A DNA stretch of 64,000 nt from Oscillospiraceae bacterium. Lineage in GTDB: Bacteria; Bacillota; Clostridia; Oscillospirales; QAMX01. Shown one piece after another: positions 37,902 through 46,202 of this stretch; the stretch's first letter is position 1; each line of letters starts with the position of its first letter. The stretch is from the NCBI GenBank assembly GCA_015067675.1, contig SVMB01000002.1:1315-65314 (forward strand). Direction: 5' to 3'. The notes beneath the pieces are model-generated. The model saw only the letters and a program-made list of their open reading frames with translations. It was not told the DNA's origin and searched no databases. Made by a program: the position numbers and the translations under genes.

Positions 37902-38090
37902 TTGCCGTCCTCTATCTGCTTTATCTTCCATTCTGTTACTGCGCCATACGGGATCGACGGTGGGCTGCTCGCCCCCCTTTGTCCCCCCGGCAGGGGCGGC
38001 ACGCCCCTGCACCCCGAGGAACGCAAAGCGTTCCTCACTCGGCTGCGCCGCTTAACATCTGCTGCGAATCACAGTCCGGCATTGCATTTT
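37902..38090. repeat. right arm of long inverted repeat
   Basis: See left arm. Contains hairpins gcaggggc-ggcac-gcccctgc (37990-38010) and gaggaacgc-aaa-gcgttcctc (38016-38036). Confidence 0.9.
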
Positions 38091-38124
38091 ACAGTATTCT
38101 CTTTCGGAATAACCCTATCAGTTT

Positions 38125-39327
38125 TCAATCCAACAGTGCCAGCACGTCCGGGAACAGCTGCAGACTGCGCCGCAGGATCCCATGCATCTGCGCAATGGCA
38201 ACGCCGTAGTTCACAATCGGCACATCTGCGCTTGCGCAGCGCGCAATCCGGCTCTTCATCTCCGCTTCATTCAGCATACAGCCGCCGCAGTGCACCACCA
38301 GCGCATAGTCTCTCACGTCCTCGGGAAATTCCCCGCCGGAGGTAAAGCTGTAGGATGGTTTTACTCCGGTGAACTTTTCAATCCAGCCGGGGATCTTGAT
38401 CGTACCGATGTCATTGCACTGCCGGTGATGGGTGCAGCCTTCGGAGATAAGCACCCGGTCGCCTTCCCGCAGCTTTGCAAGCGCCGCCGCGCCCCGGATC
38501 AGCTCATACAGATCGCCCTTATATCGAGCCATCAGGATCGAGAAGGACGTCAGCGGGATATCCGCCGGCGTATCGGCGCTCACCTTACCGAATACCTGCG
38601 AATCGGTAATCACCATCTTCGGCTTACGTGCAAGGGAAGCCAGGGTATTTTTGAGTTCCGTATCCTGACAGGTCACGACAATAGCATGGGCATCCAGAAT
38701 ATCCCGGATGGTCAGCTGCTGCGGCAGGATCAGGCGACCCTTGGGCGCCGCTTCGTCAATGGGCGTCACCAGTACCACAATATCCCCCGGCTCCAGCAGA
38801 TCGGCCACCAGCAGCTTCTGATTGCCGGCCTTGCCTGCAAAGCTGCCCAGCTTCTCTTTCAGCGCCTGTATGCCCTCACCGGTGTCAGCACTGACGTACA
38901 GACTCGGCCCATCCACCGCCGGGCGTTCCGCCATCAGATCGGCCTTGTTATACGCCACCACATACGGGATCTTCCGCGCCCGGATGTTTTCCAGCAGTGC
39001 CTCATCCTCGGCGCTTATCCCCTGCGTACCGTCCACCACCATCACGGCAATGTCCGTATGGGCAAGCGCCTGCCGGGCTTTCTGCACGCGCATCGCGCCC
39101 AGCTCGCCCTCGTCATCCAGTCCGGGCGTGTCGATGATGACCACCGGCCCCAGAGGCTTGAGCTCCATGCTTTTGCGAACAGGGTCCGTGGTGGTACCCT
39201 TCACGTCGGAAACCACACTGAGCGACTGCCCGGTTACAGCGTTGACAAGGCTTGACTTTCCGGCATTGCGCATACCGAAAAAGCCGATATGCAACCGTTC
39301 ACCGGATGCTACACTGTTAAGACTCAT
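38125..39327 (-). CDS. hydF: [FeFe]-hydrogenase H-cluster maturation GTPase HydF
   Basis: GMRNAGKSS P-loop, DTPG, NKAD. C-terminal CTHH...HCGGC cluster motif. Confidence 0.9.
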   Translation of the reverse strand: MSLNSVASGERLHIGFFGMRNAGKSSLVNAVTGQSLSVVSDVKGTTTDPVRKSMELKPLGPVVIIDTPGLDDEGELGAMRVQKARQALAHTDIAVMVVDGTQGISAEDEALLENIRARKIPYVVAYNKADLMAERPAVDGPSLYVSADTGEGIQALKEKLGSFAGKAGNQKLLVADLLEPGDIVVLVTPIDEAAPKGRLILPQQLTIRDILDAHAIVVTCQDTELKNTLASLARKPKMVITDSQVFGKVSADTPADIPLTSFSILMARYKGDLYELIRGAAALAKLREGDRVLISEGCTHHRQCNDIGTIKIPGWIEKFTGVKPSYSFTSGGEFPEDVRDYALVVHCGGCMLNEAEMKSRIARCASADVPIVNYGVAIAQMHGILRRSLQLFPDVLALLD

Positions 39328-39339
39328 AGCTTTCCTCCG

Positions 39340-40797
39340 TCAGAATCTGAAATCGCGGCGGTTGGACGCCTTGATCTGGGCGATGTTTTCTTCGGCAATC
39401 TGCCGTACCTTCTCCTTGGGAATACGGCCCAGCTCCTGCTCAACCATCTTATAGCCCACGTCCTTCGTTGCATCGGAGGCGTAGTCCTCCAGATACTCAG
39501 ACAGCGTCATCAGGGCGTTGGGATGGCAGCAGTTGAGAATCTGACCGCTCTTGCACAGGCTCATGAACCGGTCCCCGGTACGGCCTTCACGATAACAGGC
39601 GGTACAGAAGGACGGAATATGGCCGTTCTCCATCAGCCAGCGCACCACTTCATCCAGGCTGCGCTGATCGGAAACCTCAAACTGCTCGGTATCATGGGGA
39701 CGCTCCTCGGGGCAGTAACCGGCGTAGCCGCCGACAGATGTACGGGAACCGCCGGAGACCTGCGACACGCCGCAGTGCAGCAGCCGGGAACGCACGGATT
39801 CCGATTCACGGGTGGAGATGATGATGCCGGTGTAGGGTACGGCGATACGGATCAGGGCCGTGATCTTTGCAAAGGTGTCGTCGTCGATGCCGTTGTCAAA
39901 CTGATCGGGATCGATATCATCGGCGCGCTTGAGGCGCGGCACGCTGATGGTATGGGGGCCGACGCCGTGCACGGCTTCCAGATGCTCGGCATGCATCAGC
40001 AGACCTGCAAACTCGTACTTATAAAGCTCCAGGCCAAACAGAACGCCTAGACCCACATCGTCGATGCCGCCTTCCATGGCGCGATCCATCGCCTCGGTAT
40101 GATAGGCATAGTTATGCTTGGGGCCGGTGGGATGCAGCTGCTCGTAGCTTTCCTTGTGGTAGGTCTCCTGGAAGAGGATGTAGGTGCCGATACCGGCATC
40201 GCGGAGCTTGCGGTAGTTTTCCACGGTGGTGGCGGCGATGTTGACGTTGACGCGGCGGATGTCGCCGTTCTTGTGATGGACAGAATAGATGGTCTTGATG
40301 CTCTCGAGGATGTACTCGATGGGGTTGTGCACCGGATCCTCGCCGGCTTCGATGGCCAGACGCTTGTGCCCCAGATCCTGCAGGGCGATGACCTCCTGAC
40401 GAATCTCTTCCTGGGTCAGCTTCTTGCGGGGAATGGTCTTGTTCTTGAGATGATAGGGGCAGTAAACGCAGCCGTTGACACAGTAATTGGACAGATACAG
40501 CGGCGCGAAGATCACGATGCGGTTGCCGTAGAAAGCCTGCTTGATGTCGGCGGCCAACTGGTACATCTGCTCGATCTTTTCCGGGATCTCACAGGCCAGC
40601 AGGACAGAGGCTTCCCGGTGAGTAAGACCGGCACAGGTGTAGCCGTTGCCGTTTTTCTTAGGCCGCGCCTTTTCCAGAATCTCGTCGATGAGCGCGACGT
40701 TATCTTTATTGGCCTCGGCATAGGCCAGCGTCTCGCGGATCTCGGCGTCGTTGATGAATTCTTCCGCTCTCAGGGATTTGGGGTTGTAGATAGCCAT
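39340..40797 (-). CDS. hydG: [FeFe]-hydrogenase maturase HydG (radical SAM)
   Basis: CVNGCVYCPY radical-SAM motif. C-terminal CTACY...CKSGQILNCCHPN cluster motif. Confidence 0.9.
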   Translation of the reverse strand: MAIYNPKSLRAEEFINDAEIRETLAYAEANKDNVALIDEILEKARPKKNGNGYTCAGLTHREASVLLACEIPEKIEQMYQLAADIKQAFYGNRIVIFAPLYLSNYCVNGCVYCPYHLKNKTIPRKKLTQEEIRQEVIALQDLGHKRLAIEAGEDPVHNPIEYILESIKTIYSVHHKNGDIRRVNVNIAATTVENYRKLRDAGIGTYILFQETYHKESYEQLHPTGPKHNYAYHTEAMDRAMEGGIDDVGLGVLFGLELYKYEFAGLLMHAEHLEAVHGVGPHTISVPRLKRADDIDPDQFDNGIDDDTFAKITALIRIAVPYTGIIISTRESESVRSRLLHCGVSQVSGGSRTSVGGYAGYCPEERPHDTEQFEVSDQRSLDEVVRWLMENGHIPSFCTACYREGRTGDRFMSLCKSGQILNCCHPNALMTLSEYLEDYASDATKDVGYKMVEQELGRIPKEKVRQIAEENIAQIKASNRRDFRF

Positions 40798-40850
40798 TTT
40801 TTGCTCCTCTCTTCGGGTCAGATCACTCTTCCCCGTCAGAAAAATATAAA

Positions 40851-41906
40851 TTAGAACAGTTTTATATCACCACGATCGGTCACGACCTCGTAGCCGATCG
40901 ATGACATACGCATTTCCAGCGTTTTTTTGCTCTGCGCTGACTCGGAACCATCGGAAACCTTGTTGTTGTAGAGCATATACTTCTTTCGCACCGAAGCAGG
41001 TGACAAATTGGGCATCACCACGTTGGCTCCGGCCATAATTCCCTTTTCCCGCCCGGAGGGATCAATCGTTCCCAGCGCCGTGGTGGAAGGAAGCAGGATA
41101 TTGGGACGGATGAGCCGCACGATGGACAAAAGATAACAGGTCAGCTTCAGCGTTCCTGCTGTCTCCTGTGCAAACGGCGTATCCTTGTGAGGGATAAAGG
41201 GGCCGATGCCGCACATGGCAGGCTCAAAGTCACTGATCAACTGCAGATCCTTTGCAATGAAAGCGTTGGTCTGCCCCGGCGAGCCCACCATAAAGCCGCA
41301 GCCCACCTGATAGCCAAGGCTCTTGAGATCCTCAAGGCAGCGCATACGGTTTTCAAGCGTCAGTTCCGCCGGATGAAGCCTTGCGTAATGCGCCGCGTCC
41401 GCCGTTTCATGCCGCAGCAGATACCGGTCGGCACCTGCTTCCCGCAGCAGCCGGTAGCTTTCCCGGCTGCGCTCACCCAGCGACAGCGTCACCGCGCAGT
41501 CGGGATGCGCCGCCTTGATCTTTCGCAGCAGTGCGCAGACCCTCTCATCGGTAAACCATCCATCCTCGCCGCCCTGCAGCACGAAGGTCCGAAAGCCCAG
41601 GTCGTAGCCCTCATCGCAGCATTCCAGTATTTCCTCCGGTGTGAGCCGGTAACGCTCACAGTTTGCGTTGGCGGCACGGATCCCACAGTAGAGACAGTTG
41701 TTCTTACAGATGTTGCTGATCTCGATGAGTCCGCGGATGAAAACGGTGTTGCCGTAGACTGCCCGGCGTGCGCGTACCGCGTGTTCGGCCAGAAGTTCTG
41801 CCGCCTCCGGACAGCGGTTGGCGATCAGGTATTCATATTCCGCCAGCGTGAGCCGGTGCTCAGCCGCCAGCTTCTCAATCAGGGTATGCAGTTTCTCATT
41901 CATCAT
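40851..41906 (-). CDS. hydE: [FeFe]-hydrogenase maturase HydE (radical SAM)
   Basis: CKNNCLYCGIR motif with BioB-like architecture, in operon with hydG and hydF. Confidence 0.9.
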   Translation of the reverse strand: MMNEKLHTLIEKLAAEHRLTLAEYEYLIANRCPEAAELLAEHAVRARRAVYGNTVFIRGLIEISNICKNNCLYCGIRAANANCERYRLTPEEILECCDEGYDLGFRTFVLQGGEDGWFTDERVCALLRKIKAAHPDCAVTLSLGERSRESYRLLREAGADRYLLRHETADAAHYARLHPAELTLENRMRCLEDLKSLGYQVGCGFMVGSPGQTNAFIAKDLQLISDFEPAMCGIGPFIPHKDTPFAQETAGTLKLTCYLLSIVRLIRPNILLPSTTALGTIDPSGREKGIMAGANVVMPNLSPASVRKKYMLYNNKVSDGSESAQSKKTLEMRMSSIGYEVVTDRGDIKLF

Positions 41907-42156
41907 GACTGGTTACACTTGAATAGGCTGTCTTGACGCTGACGCCGGGCAGATTGCCGATCTTACCCGACAGGGCAGAGATGGTATTCTGCGGCGCGTC
42001 AAGCGCGATGCTGATAATGTTGATTTTCCGCTTGCGGTAGGGAATGCCCATACGTCCGATGATGTATTCCCCGTATTCATGCAGAATGGAGTTGAGCTGC
42101 TGGACGGTCTCTCCGTTCTCCACAATGACACTCATAACCGCCACACGCGTATCCAT
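41896..42156 (-). CDS. ACT-domain iron-only hydrogenase system regulator (TM1266-like)
   Basis: MDTRVAVMSVIVENGETVQQLNSILHEYGEYIIGRMGIPY... small ACT-like protein upstream of hydE. GGGAGG SD before the ATG at 42156. Overlaps the hydE start by 11 nt. Confidence 0.7.
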   Translation of the reverse strand: MDTRVAVMSVIVENGETVQQLNSILHEYGEYIIGRMGIPYRKRKINIISIALDAPQNTISALSGKIGNLPGVSVKTAYSSVTSHDE

Positions 42157-42170
42157 ACAATAACCTCCCG

Positions 42171-42203
42171 AAACAAAAATGCCGCATCCGGAAAGGATGC
42201 GGC
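42171..42203 (-). terminator. terminator hairpin inside the hyd-operon leader
   Basis: Minus strand: gccgcatcc-tttcc-ggatgcggc followed by atttttgtttc, immediately before the SD of the ACT gene. Confidence 0.5.
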
Positions 42204-42320
42204 AATGCAGGATGCTCGTATTCTGCGCCTTCCGATTTCTCGTCAGGCGCCGTTCGGCCATGCGGTTGTTCGCACCTTTCACGCAGCATCTGTGATGCTT
42301 AATGTCAGGATTCTGGGGTC

Positions 42321-42349
42321 ATTATAGCATGGGCTTTTACGCTTGTCCA
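42321..42349 (-). promoter_or_regulatory. promoter of the hyd maturation operon
   Basis: Minus strand: TGGACA-17 nt-TATAAT. Confidence 0.5.
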
Positions 42350-42389
42350 CCATTATTTTTGATTTTCACGAAATATTTTTTCGCAGGCT

Positions 42390-42413
42390 GTTCTGTTGAA
42401 ATTTCAACAGAAC
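42390..42413. promoter_or_regulatory. perfect 24-bp palindrome GTTCTGTTGAAATTTCAACAGAAC (candidate Crp/Fnr- or Rex-type operator)
   Basis: Read directly. The core TGTTG-N6-CAACA has CRP/FNR-family geometry. Confidence 0.55.
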
Positions 42414-42427
42414 CACTTCAACTTTTG

Positions 42428-42436
42428 TGGTATACT
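42428..42436 (+). promoter_or_regulatory. extended -10 element of the ferredoxin-hcp promoter
   Basis: TGgTATACT. The -35 position (cagaac) is poor and overlaps the palindrome. Confidence 0.45.
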
Positions 42437-42499
42437 GTTTTCGTCAACTTCGGACGCAGGACGTCCGAAAAGCCGAAAAAGATACAGGAGCAAACATAT

Positions 42500-43252
42500 A
42501 TGAAGCGTAAAATCATTCGAATTGATGAGGAAAAGTGCAACGGCTGCGGCGCTTGCGCAGCGGCCTGTCATGAAGGCGCCATCGAGATGGTAAACGGCAA
42601 GGCCCGGCTCACCCGAGAGGACTACTGCGACGGTCTGGGGGACTGCCTGCCGGCCTGTCCCACCGGCGCCATCACCTTCGAAGAGCGCGAAGCCCCGGCC
42701 TACGATGAGGCGGCAGTCCAGGCAGCCAAGCTTCAAAAGGCAGCCTCCGCCGGCTGCAGCTGCCCCGGTTCCCGTCCTGCGACGCTGCGCCCCGGCATGA
42801 AGCCCGGCGGCTGCCCCGGCTCCAATGCCCATGCCATTCGACGTGATTCCGTCAGCGCAGCACCGGCTTCCGCCGCAGTCTCCGTCACCAGCCAGCTTGC
42901 CCAGTGGCCCGCGCAGATCAAGCTCGTGCCTGTCAACGCCCCCTATTTCGACGGTGCCAATCTTCTCATCGCCGCCGACTGCACCGCCTACGCCTATGCA
43001 AACTTCCATCAGGAGTTCATGCGCCGCCATATCACGCTCATCGGCTGTCCCAAGCTCGACGAGGGCGATTACGCCGAGAAGCTGACCCGGATCATCGCCG
43101 CGAACGACATCAAGAGCGTCACCGTTGCCCGCATGGAAGTCCCCTGCTGCGGAGGTCTTGAAAATGCCGTTAAGCGCGCGCTGATGGCCAGCGGCAAATT
43201 CATCCCCTGGCGCGTTGTTACCATCACCACCGACGGCCGGATTGCCGAGTGA
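42500..43252 (+). CDS. 2x[4Fe-4S] ferredoxin-domain protein co-transcribed with hcp (FrdX-like)
   Basis: CNGCGACAAACHEG...CDGLGDCLPACPTG. ACAGGAG SD before the ATG at 42500. The ORF-track start at 42302 crosses the promoter. Confidence 0.7.
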   Translation: MKRKIIRIDEEKCNGCGACAAACHEGAIEMVNGKARLTREDYCDGLGDCLPACPTGAITFEEREAPAYDEAAVQAAKLQKAASAGCSCPGSRPATLRPGMKPGGCPGSNAHAIRRDSVSAAPASAAVSVTSQLAQWPAQIKLVPVNAPYFDGANLLIAADCTAYAYANFHQEFMRRHITLIGCPKLDEGDYAEKLTRIIAANDIKSVTVARMEVPCCGGLENAVKRALMASGKFIPWRVVTITTDGRIAE

Positions 43253-43272
43253 TTGTCTGAAGGAGTCTATCC

Positions 43273-44877
43273 ATGGATCGCAAGATGTTTTGTTTTCAGT
43301 GTGAGCAGACCGCAGGCTGCAAAGGCTGCATGGGAATCGCCGGTATCTGCGGCAAAAAGGCCGACATTGCAGGCCTGCAGGATGAACTGACCGGCGTACT
43401 GGTGGGGCTTGCCCGTGCCACCGAGTGCAATGAAAGCCTGATTACGGCCTCCACCGATGATATCGTCATCGACGGTCTCTTCGCTACCATCACCAACGTC
43501 AATTTCGATGCCGACGCACTGAGAGTTCTCATTGAACGTGCCGAGGACGAGAAGAAGAAGTTCGCGCCCGGCTGTTATGCCTGTGCTTCCTCCTGCGGTA
43601 AGACCCGGAACTACGACATGAATGCCCTCTGGAACGCCGATGAGGACATCCGCTCCCTGAAATCGCTGATTCTCTTCGGCATCCGCGGCATTGCCGCCTA
43701 CGCTTATCATGCCGCAGCGCTGGGATACACCGACGGGACCGTCACCCGATTCTTCTATAAGGCGCTCTACGCCATTGGCCGCGACGACTGGGGCATGGAC
43801 GAACTGCTGCCCATCGTCATGGAGGTAGGCAAGGTAAATCTGACCTGCATGGAGCTGCTGGATCGTGCCAACACCGGTACCTACGGTCATCCTGCCCCGG
43901 CAGAGGTGAGCATGACCGTGGAAAAGGGGCCCTTCATCGTCATCTCCGGTCATGATCTGCACGATCTCAAGCTCCTGCTTGACCAGACCGCAGGCCGCGG
44001 CGTCAACATCTACACCCACGGTGAAATGCTGCCCGCTCACGGCTACCCCGAGCTGCGCAGGTATCCCCATCTCAAGGGGAATTTCGGCACAGCCTGGCAG
44101 AATCAGCAGCGTGAGTTTGGTTCTATTCCGGCGCCTGTGCTCTTCACCACCAACTGTCTCATGCCGCCCCGTGCAAGTTATGCCGACCGCGTCTTTACCA
44201 CCGGTGCCGTCGCCTATCCGGAGCTTATCCACATCGGCGATGACCGCGACTTTACCCCGGTTATTGAAAAAGCGCTGGAGCTGGGCGGTTACGCCGAAGA
44301 TCAGCACTTCACCGGCATCAACGGCGGCGATAAGGTCATGACAGGCTTTGGTCACAACACCATCCTCTCCGTTGCCGACCGGGTCATCGAGGCTGTGAAG
44401 TCCGGCGCCATCCGCCACTTCTTCCTTGTCGGCGGCTGCGACGGTGCCCGCCCCGGACGCAGCTATTACACCGATTTCGTCCGTCAGACCCCCTCCGACA
44501 GCGTCATCCTGACCCTCGCCTGCGGCAAGTACCGCTTCAACGACCTGGATCTGGGTACCATCGGCGGCCTACCCCGCATCATGGATATGGGGCAATGCAA
44601 CGACGCCTACGGAGCGATCAAAGTCGCGCTGGCGCTCGCCGAAGCCTTCGGCTGCGGCGTAAACGAGCTGCCGCTGTCTCTGGTTTTGAGCTGGTATGAG
44701 CAGAAGGCCGTCTGCATCCTGCTGACGCTGCTGTATCTGGGCATCAAAAATATCCTTCTCGGACCGTCTCTTCCGGCGTTTGTATCCCCTAACGTCCTGA
44801 ATTTCCTCGTGGAAAACTACGGCATCGCGCCGGTTTCCACGCCCGAAGAGGACCTTGCCCGTCTACTGAACCGATAA
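43273..44877 (+). CDS. hcp: hybrid cluster protein / hydroxylamine reductase
   Basis: N-terminal CFQCEQTAGCKGC and full-length Hcp-like sequence. Confidence 0.9.
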   Translation: MDRKMFCFQCEQTAGCKGCMGIAGICGKKADIAGLQDELTGVLVGLARATECNESLITASTDDIVIDGLFATITNVNFDADALRVLIERAEDEKKKFAPGCYACASSCGKTRNYDMNALWNADEDIRSLKSLILFGIRGIAAYAYHAAALGYTDGTVTRFFYKALYAIGRDDWGMDELLPIVMEVGKVNLTCMELLDRANTGTYGHPAPAEVSMTVEKGPFIVISGHDLHDLKLLLDQTAGRGVNIYTHGEMLPAHGYPELRRYPHLKGNFGTAWQNQQREFGSIPAPVLFTTNCLMPPRASYADRVFTTGAVAYPELIHIGDDRDFTPVIEKALELGGYAEDQHFTGINGGDKVMTGFGHNTILSVADRVIEAVKSGAIRHFFLVGGCDGARPGRSYYTDFVRQTPSDSVILTLACGKYRFNDLDLGTIGGLPRIMDMGQCNDAYGAIKVALALAEAFGCGVNELPLSLVLSWYEQKAVCILLTLLYLGIKNILLGPSLPAFVSPNVLNFLVENYGIAPVSTPEEDLARLLNR

Positions 44878-44889
44878 CTGTCCTCCTTC

Positions 44890-44927
44890 AAAGAGCCGTC
44901 TGCCCAAACTTTGGCAGGCGGCTCTTT
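44890..44927 (+). terminator. terminator hairpin after hcp
   Basis: aaagagccgtctgcc-N8-ggcaggcggctcttt. Weak U-tract. Confidence 0.55.
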
Positions 44928-44932
44928 GCTAC

Positions 44933-44962
44933 TTGTACACGGCGGGACAGTTGTGCTATAAT
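44933..44962 (+). promoter_or_regulatory. promoter of the CapD-like gene
   Basis: TTGTAC-18 nt-TATAAT with TGc extended -10. Confidence 0.5.
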
Positions 44963-45019
44963 GGGACTGGTCAGCCCGGCAGTGCTGGTAAGACCGATCA
45001 GACATGAAGAGGCAACGAC

Positions 45020-46150
45020 ATGGATAAACCGGAGTATCATCTGCATGAGACGCATAGCGCCGCCATTGATATGGAGGCGCTGCTTGGACGTTCCCCCGCA
45101 CAATTGAATCTTGGACAGCTCCACGGTTTCCTTGCCGGCAAAACGGTCCTGATTTCCGGCGGCGGCGGTTCCATCGGCAGCGAGCTGTGCCGCCAGATCG
45201 TCCGGTATCATCCTGCCCGGCTGGTCATCGTGGACATCTACGAGAACAATGCCTACGACATCCAGCAGGAGCTGCTCATGAGCAGTCCGTCCGGAACCGA
45301 TATCTGCGTGGAGATTGCCTCCATCCGCGACCGGCGGCGCATCCATGCAATCTTTGCCCAATACAGACCCCATCTGGTTTTCCACGCCGCAGCGCACAAG
45401 CATGTGCCTCTGATGGAAGCCTGTCCTGCCGAAGCTGTGAAGAACAACATCTTCGGTACGCTCAACATGGTGGAAGCCGCCGAGAGTTCCGGCAGCGAAA
45501 AGTTTGTCATGATCTCCACCGACAAGGCGGTCAATCCCACAAATGTCATGGGCGCCACCAAGCGTTTCTGCGAGATGCTGCTGCAGAGCCGCACGGGCAG
45601 CCCGACGGAGTTCTGTGCCGTGCGCTTTGGCAATGTGCTGGGTTCCAACGGTTCCGTTGTACCGCTCTTTCTGCGGCAGATCGAGGCCGGAGGGCCGGTG
45701 ACTATCACCGACCGGCGCATCATCCGCTACTTTATGACCATTTCCGAAGCTGCGCAGCTGGTTCTGGAAGCCGGCGCCATGGCGCAGCAGAGCCAGATTT
45801 TCGTCCTGGACATGGGTGATCCCGTCAAAATACTGGATCTGGCTGAAAAGCTCATCCGGTTATCCGGTTTTGAGCCCTACCGTGACATCGAAATCCGCGA
45901 AGTCGGCCTGCGGCCGGGTGAAAAGCTCTACGAGGAGCTGCTGACCGGCAGCGCCGATCTTCTGCATACCGAAAACCGCAAAATCTTCATCGAACGGCCG
46001 GAACAGATTTCCCCCGATCTGATTGACGACGCCCTGCGGCAGCTCAAAGAGGTTACGACGGCCCAGATGGCGGCTCAAAACGTGATCCGGCTGCTGCACC
46101 GGCTGGTTCCGTCCTATCGTACCCCCGACGAGGTCAACAGCCTGATCTGA
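45020..46150 (+). CDS. polysaccharide biosynthesis protein CapD/PglF-type NDP-sugar 4,6-dehydratase, soluble short form
   Basis: GGGGSIGSELCRQI Rossmann motif plus AAHKHVP. Lacks the N-terminal membrane region seen in long family members. Confidence 0.8.
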   Translation: MDKPEYHLHETHSAAIDMEALLGRSPAQLNLGQLHGFLAGKTVLISGGGGSIGSELCRQIVRYHPARLVIVDIYENNAYDIQQELLMSSPSGTDICVEIASIRDRRRIHAIFAQYRPHLVFHAAAHKHVPLMEACPAEAVKNNIFGTLNMVEAAESSGSEKFVMISTDKAVNPTNVMGATKRFCEMLLQSRTGSPTEFCAVRFGNVLGSNGSVVPLFLRQIEAGGPVTITDRRIIRYFMTISEAAQLVLEAGAMAQQSQIFVLDMGDPVKILDLAEKLIRLSGFEPYRDIEIREVGLRPGEKLYEELLTGSADLLHTENRKIFIERPEQISPDLIDDALRQLKEVTTAQMAAQNVIRLLHRLVPSYRTPDEVNSLI

Positions 46151-46202
46151 TCCCGTCTCTCAAGTTAAAATCCTTCCACATCAACATATAAGGAGAAGCA
46201 TT

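Noticed and set aside
37408-38090. Repeat element as a CRISPR array, tRNA/tmRNA fragment, group II intron or retron
   Set aside because: There are no short direct repeats with spacers. No cloverleaf or tRNA-like acceptor is present. No hairpin has the domain-V AGC triad, 2-nt bulge or GNRA loop. No reverse transcriptase or Cas gene occurs in the window.
38125-42156. Hydrogenase maturation operon without a structural hydrogenase as an anomaly
   Set aside because: hydE, hydF and hydG are frequently unlinked from hydA in Clostridia. All three carry their hallmark cluster motifs, so this is normal organisation. Only the leader and the 3' repeat element are unusual.
41896-42282. 128-aa long form of the ACT regulator ORF (and an in-frame ATG at ~42261)
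   Set aside because: The extension would be translated through the leader terminator hairpin and has no SD. The ATG at 42156 has a GGGAGG SD and begins the recognisable ACT-domain sequence.
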